Below, piece after piece: positions 62,196 through 64,000 of a stretch of 64,000 bases of DNA. The translations under genes and the position numbers were made by a program. The stretch covers positions 3,906,001-3,970,000 of the forward strand of contig CM059433.1 in NCBI GenBank assembly GCA_030390025.1, written 5' to 3'. Source of the stretch: Squalus acanthias (taxonomy: Eukaryota). Below the pieces are notes generated by a model. That model had not been told where the DNA came from. It did not search any database and was given only the letters and a program-made list of their open reading frames with translations. Position 1 is the stretch's first letter. Each line of letters begins with the position of its first letter.

Positions 62196-63004
62196 AAGTT
62201 CAGCAACTCGGTGGGGTGGAGAAGGTCAGGAACTCAGGGTGGGGGAAGAGCACAGAGAGAACAGTGGGGATGGTGGAAGAACTTGATCCAGGTCTAAAGG
62301 TGGGGGGATGAGAGTGAGAACGTGCTCCAGATGGGAAGATGGATCACATTCTCTCCCCTCTGTTAGGCGTGGATCACATTCTTGTTGGGGGTGGGGGGGG
62401 TGCAGGTCCTAATTCGGGAGGGTGAGCCCTGTCTGTTCTCTGAACAGCTCTGTAAGCTCTGTCTGGAGCCTGGCTGCCACAATGAATGGATCAAATTGCA
62501 CATTGCAAAAATGTTGATGACTCAGGCAGGCAGTATCTAATTACACATTCCAGACAAACTGCTGGGTGTGTTTTGTCCTCCAAGGGGACCAATCAGAAAT
62601 CTGGTCTTGTCATCCAAGGTGACCAATCAGAACTTTGGTGTTGCATATACACATTGGATATTCCTTCCTTTCACTCATCAACCAATGTTAGTGCTGGGGA
62701 ATGGAACGATCAGATACAGAGTCAATTCTGAACCCCATCAACAACCCCAGATGATGGTTTTTTTATTCCATGTTCCCCTTCCACAGCAACAATCCTGTGG
62801 CCTCTCTGAGTGAGATTACCAATTAGTGCCAAGTTAGGGACAGTTGTTTTCTGTAGGCCCATGACCACTGGGAAATGGATTGAAAATGACCAAAAATCAA
62901 TTCACTTTGGATCCTCACAGCCAGCGAGCCCAGACTGGACTCAAACCTAAATCTCAGAGGAAAGACCCGTGTCTAATTGGGTGCATCACCCAGTTTCCCA
63001 GATA

Positions 63005-63600
63005 GTTGTACAAGGCCTTGGTGAGACCACACCTTGAGTACTGTGTGCAGTTTTGGTCGCCTTATCTGAGGAAGGATGTTCTTGCCATGGAAGGAGTTCA
63101 GCGAAGATTCACAAGGCTGATACCTGGGATGGCAGGAATGACATATGAGGAGAGATTGGGTCGATTGGGCTTATACTCGCTGGAGTATAGAAGAATGAGA
63201 GGGGATCTCATCAATACATATAAAATTCTGACAGGTCTGGACAAACTAGATGCAGGAAGAATGTTCCCGATGGTCGGAGAGTCCAGAACCAGGGGTCATA
63301 ATCAAAGGATAAGGGGTAAGCCATTTAGGACAGAAATGAGGAAGAATTTCTTCACCCAGAAAGTGGTGAACCTGTGGAATTCTCTACCACAGAAGGTAGT
63401 TGAGGCCAAGTCATTAAATATATTCAAGAATGAGTTAGATATATTTCTTAAAGCTAAAGGTATCAAGGGATATGGGGAGAAAGCAGGGACAGGGTACTGA
63501 GTTCGGATGATCAGCCATGATCTCATCGAATGGTGGAGCAGGCTCGAGGGGCCGAATGGCCTACTCCTGCTCCTATCTTCTATGTTTCTATGTTTCTATA
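63005..63600 (+). mobile_element. CR1 3' fragment
   Basis: LVRPHLEYCVQFW...GIKGYG and a (CTATGTTT)n tail. Confidence 0.93.
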
Positions 63601-63662
63601 GTCCCATTTTTAATCAGGATGACCAACAGCATAATGATGGTACCAATAAAGTCAAATACTAC

Positions 63663-63786
63663 CTGTTCTCTGGCCTATTGAGTAAACATATATATTTTTA
63701 AGGTCACTGTCCCATTTTGCAGTAGCTATTGCACAGTAGTAGATATTGCTCGGAGCTTGCATTTAGCGCTGCACTTGATTTGATCA
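63663..63786 (-). pseudogene. Candidate exon 2
   Basis: Acceptor ttcag, donor CAG|GTAGTA. Reads DQIKCSAKCKLRAISTTVQ*LLQNGTVTLKIYMFTQ*AREQ. Phase 2 in, phase 0 out. Confidence 0.45.
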
Positions 63787-63845
63787 CTGAACATCAAATC
63801 ATTTTTTTTTAAACTTTTGATTGGAAAGAAAATATAAAACTTTAC

Positions 63846-64000
63846 TTTTTCTAAATTTTTGGCATTTTTTTTCCAGGCACCAGTCCTGATGGTGATTCGA
63901 ACGTGCATTTAATTCTCAGTGCATTCAAATATCTGAAAAAATCTTCAAAGCCGGGAGGAAAAGACGCAGACTGAGTTCTCCAGCTATCGGTGATGCTCTG
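63846..64000 (-). pseudogene. Candidate exon 1 (5' part outside window) of the decayed TET/JBP-like gene
   Basis: Reads QSITDSWRTQSASFPPGFEDFFRYLNALRIKCTFESPSGLVPGKKMPKI*K. Donor AA|GTAAAG is phase 2, matching the next exon. The intron is only 59 nt. Confidence 0.4.

Overview
Eukaryotic, repeat-dense genomic DNA. The repeat set (CR1 LINEs with TATGTTCT tails, Deu-domain SINEs, hammerhead-bearing Penelope-like elements, PIF/Harbinger MITEs) points to a cartilaginous fish such as a shark; this is an inference. No intact host gene was found. Main discovery: a minus-strand, multi-exon pseudogene from the right edge of the window to about 28.4 kb. Its exons join in consistent phase once SINE, CR1 and MITE insertions are removed. 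The rebuilt protein has the motif order of a TET/JBP-like 2-oxoglutarate/Fe(II) dioxygenase (GSNIYFG ... HVDAKD ... RRVH ... PLRV) but is too divergent to be TET1/2/3 as I recall them. Other main content: a ~16 kb nest of transposons at 10.3-26.1 kb (an old Harbinger holding a hAT relic, a CsRn1-type Gypsy and others); a Penelope-like element with inverted pseudo-LTRs, hammerhead motifs and a 14-bp TSD; two near-identical young CR1 copies; and four minisatellites that arose inside transposons. All calls were made by eye, without database searches.
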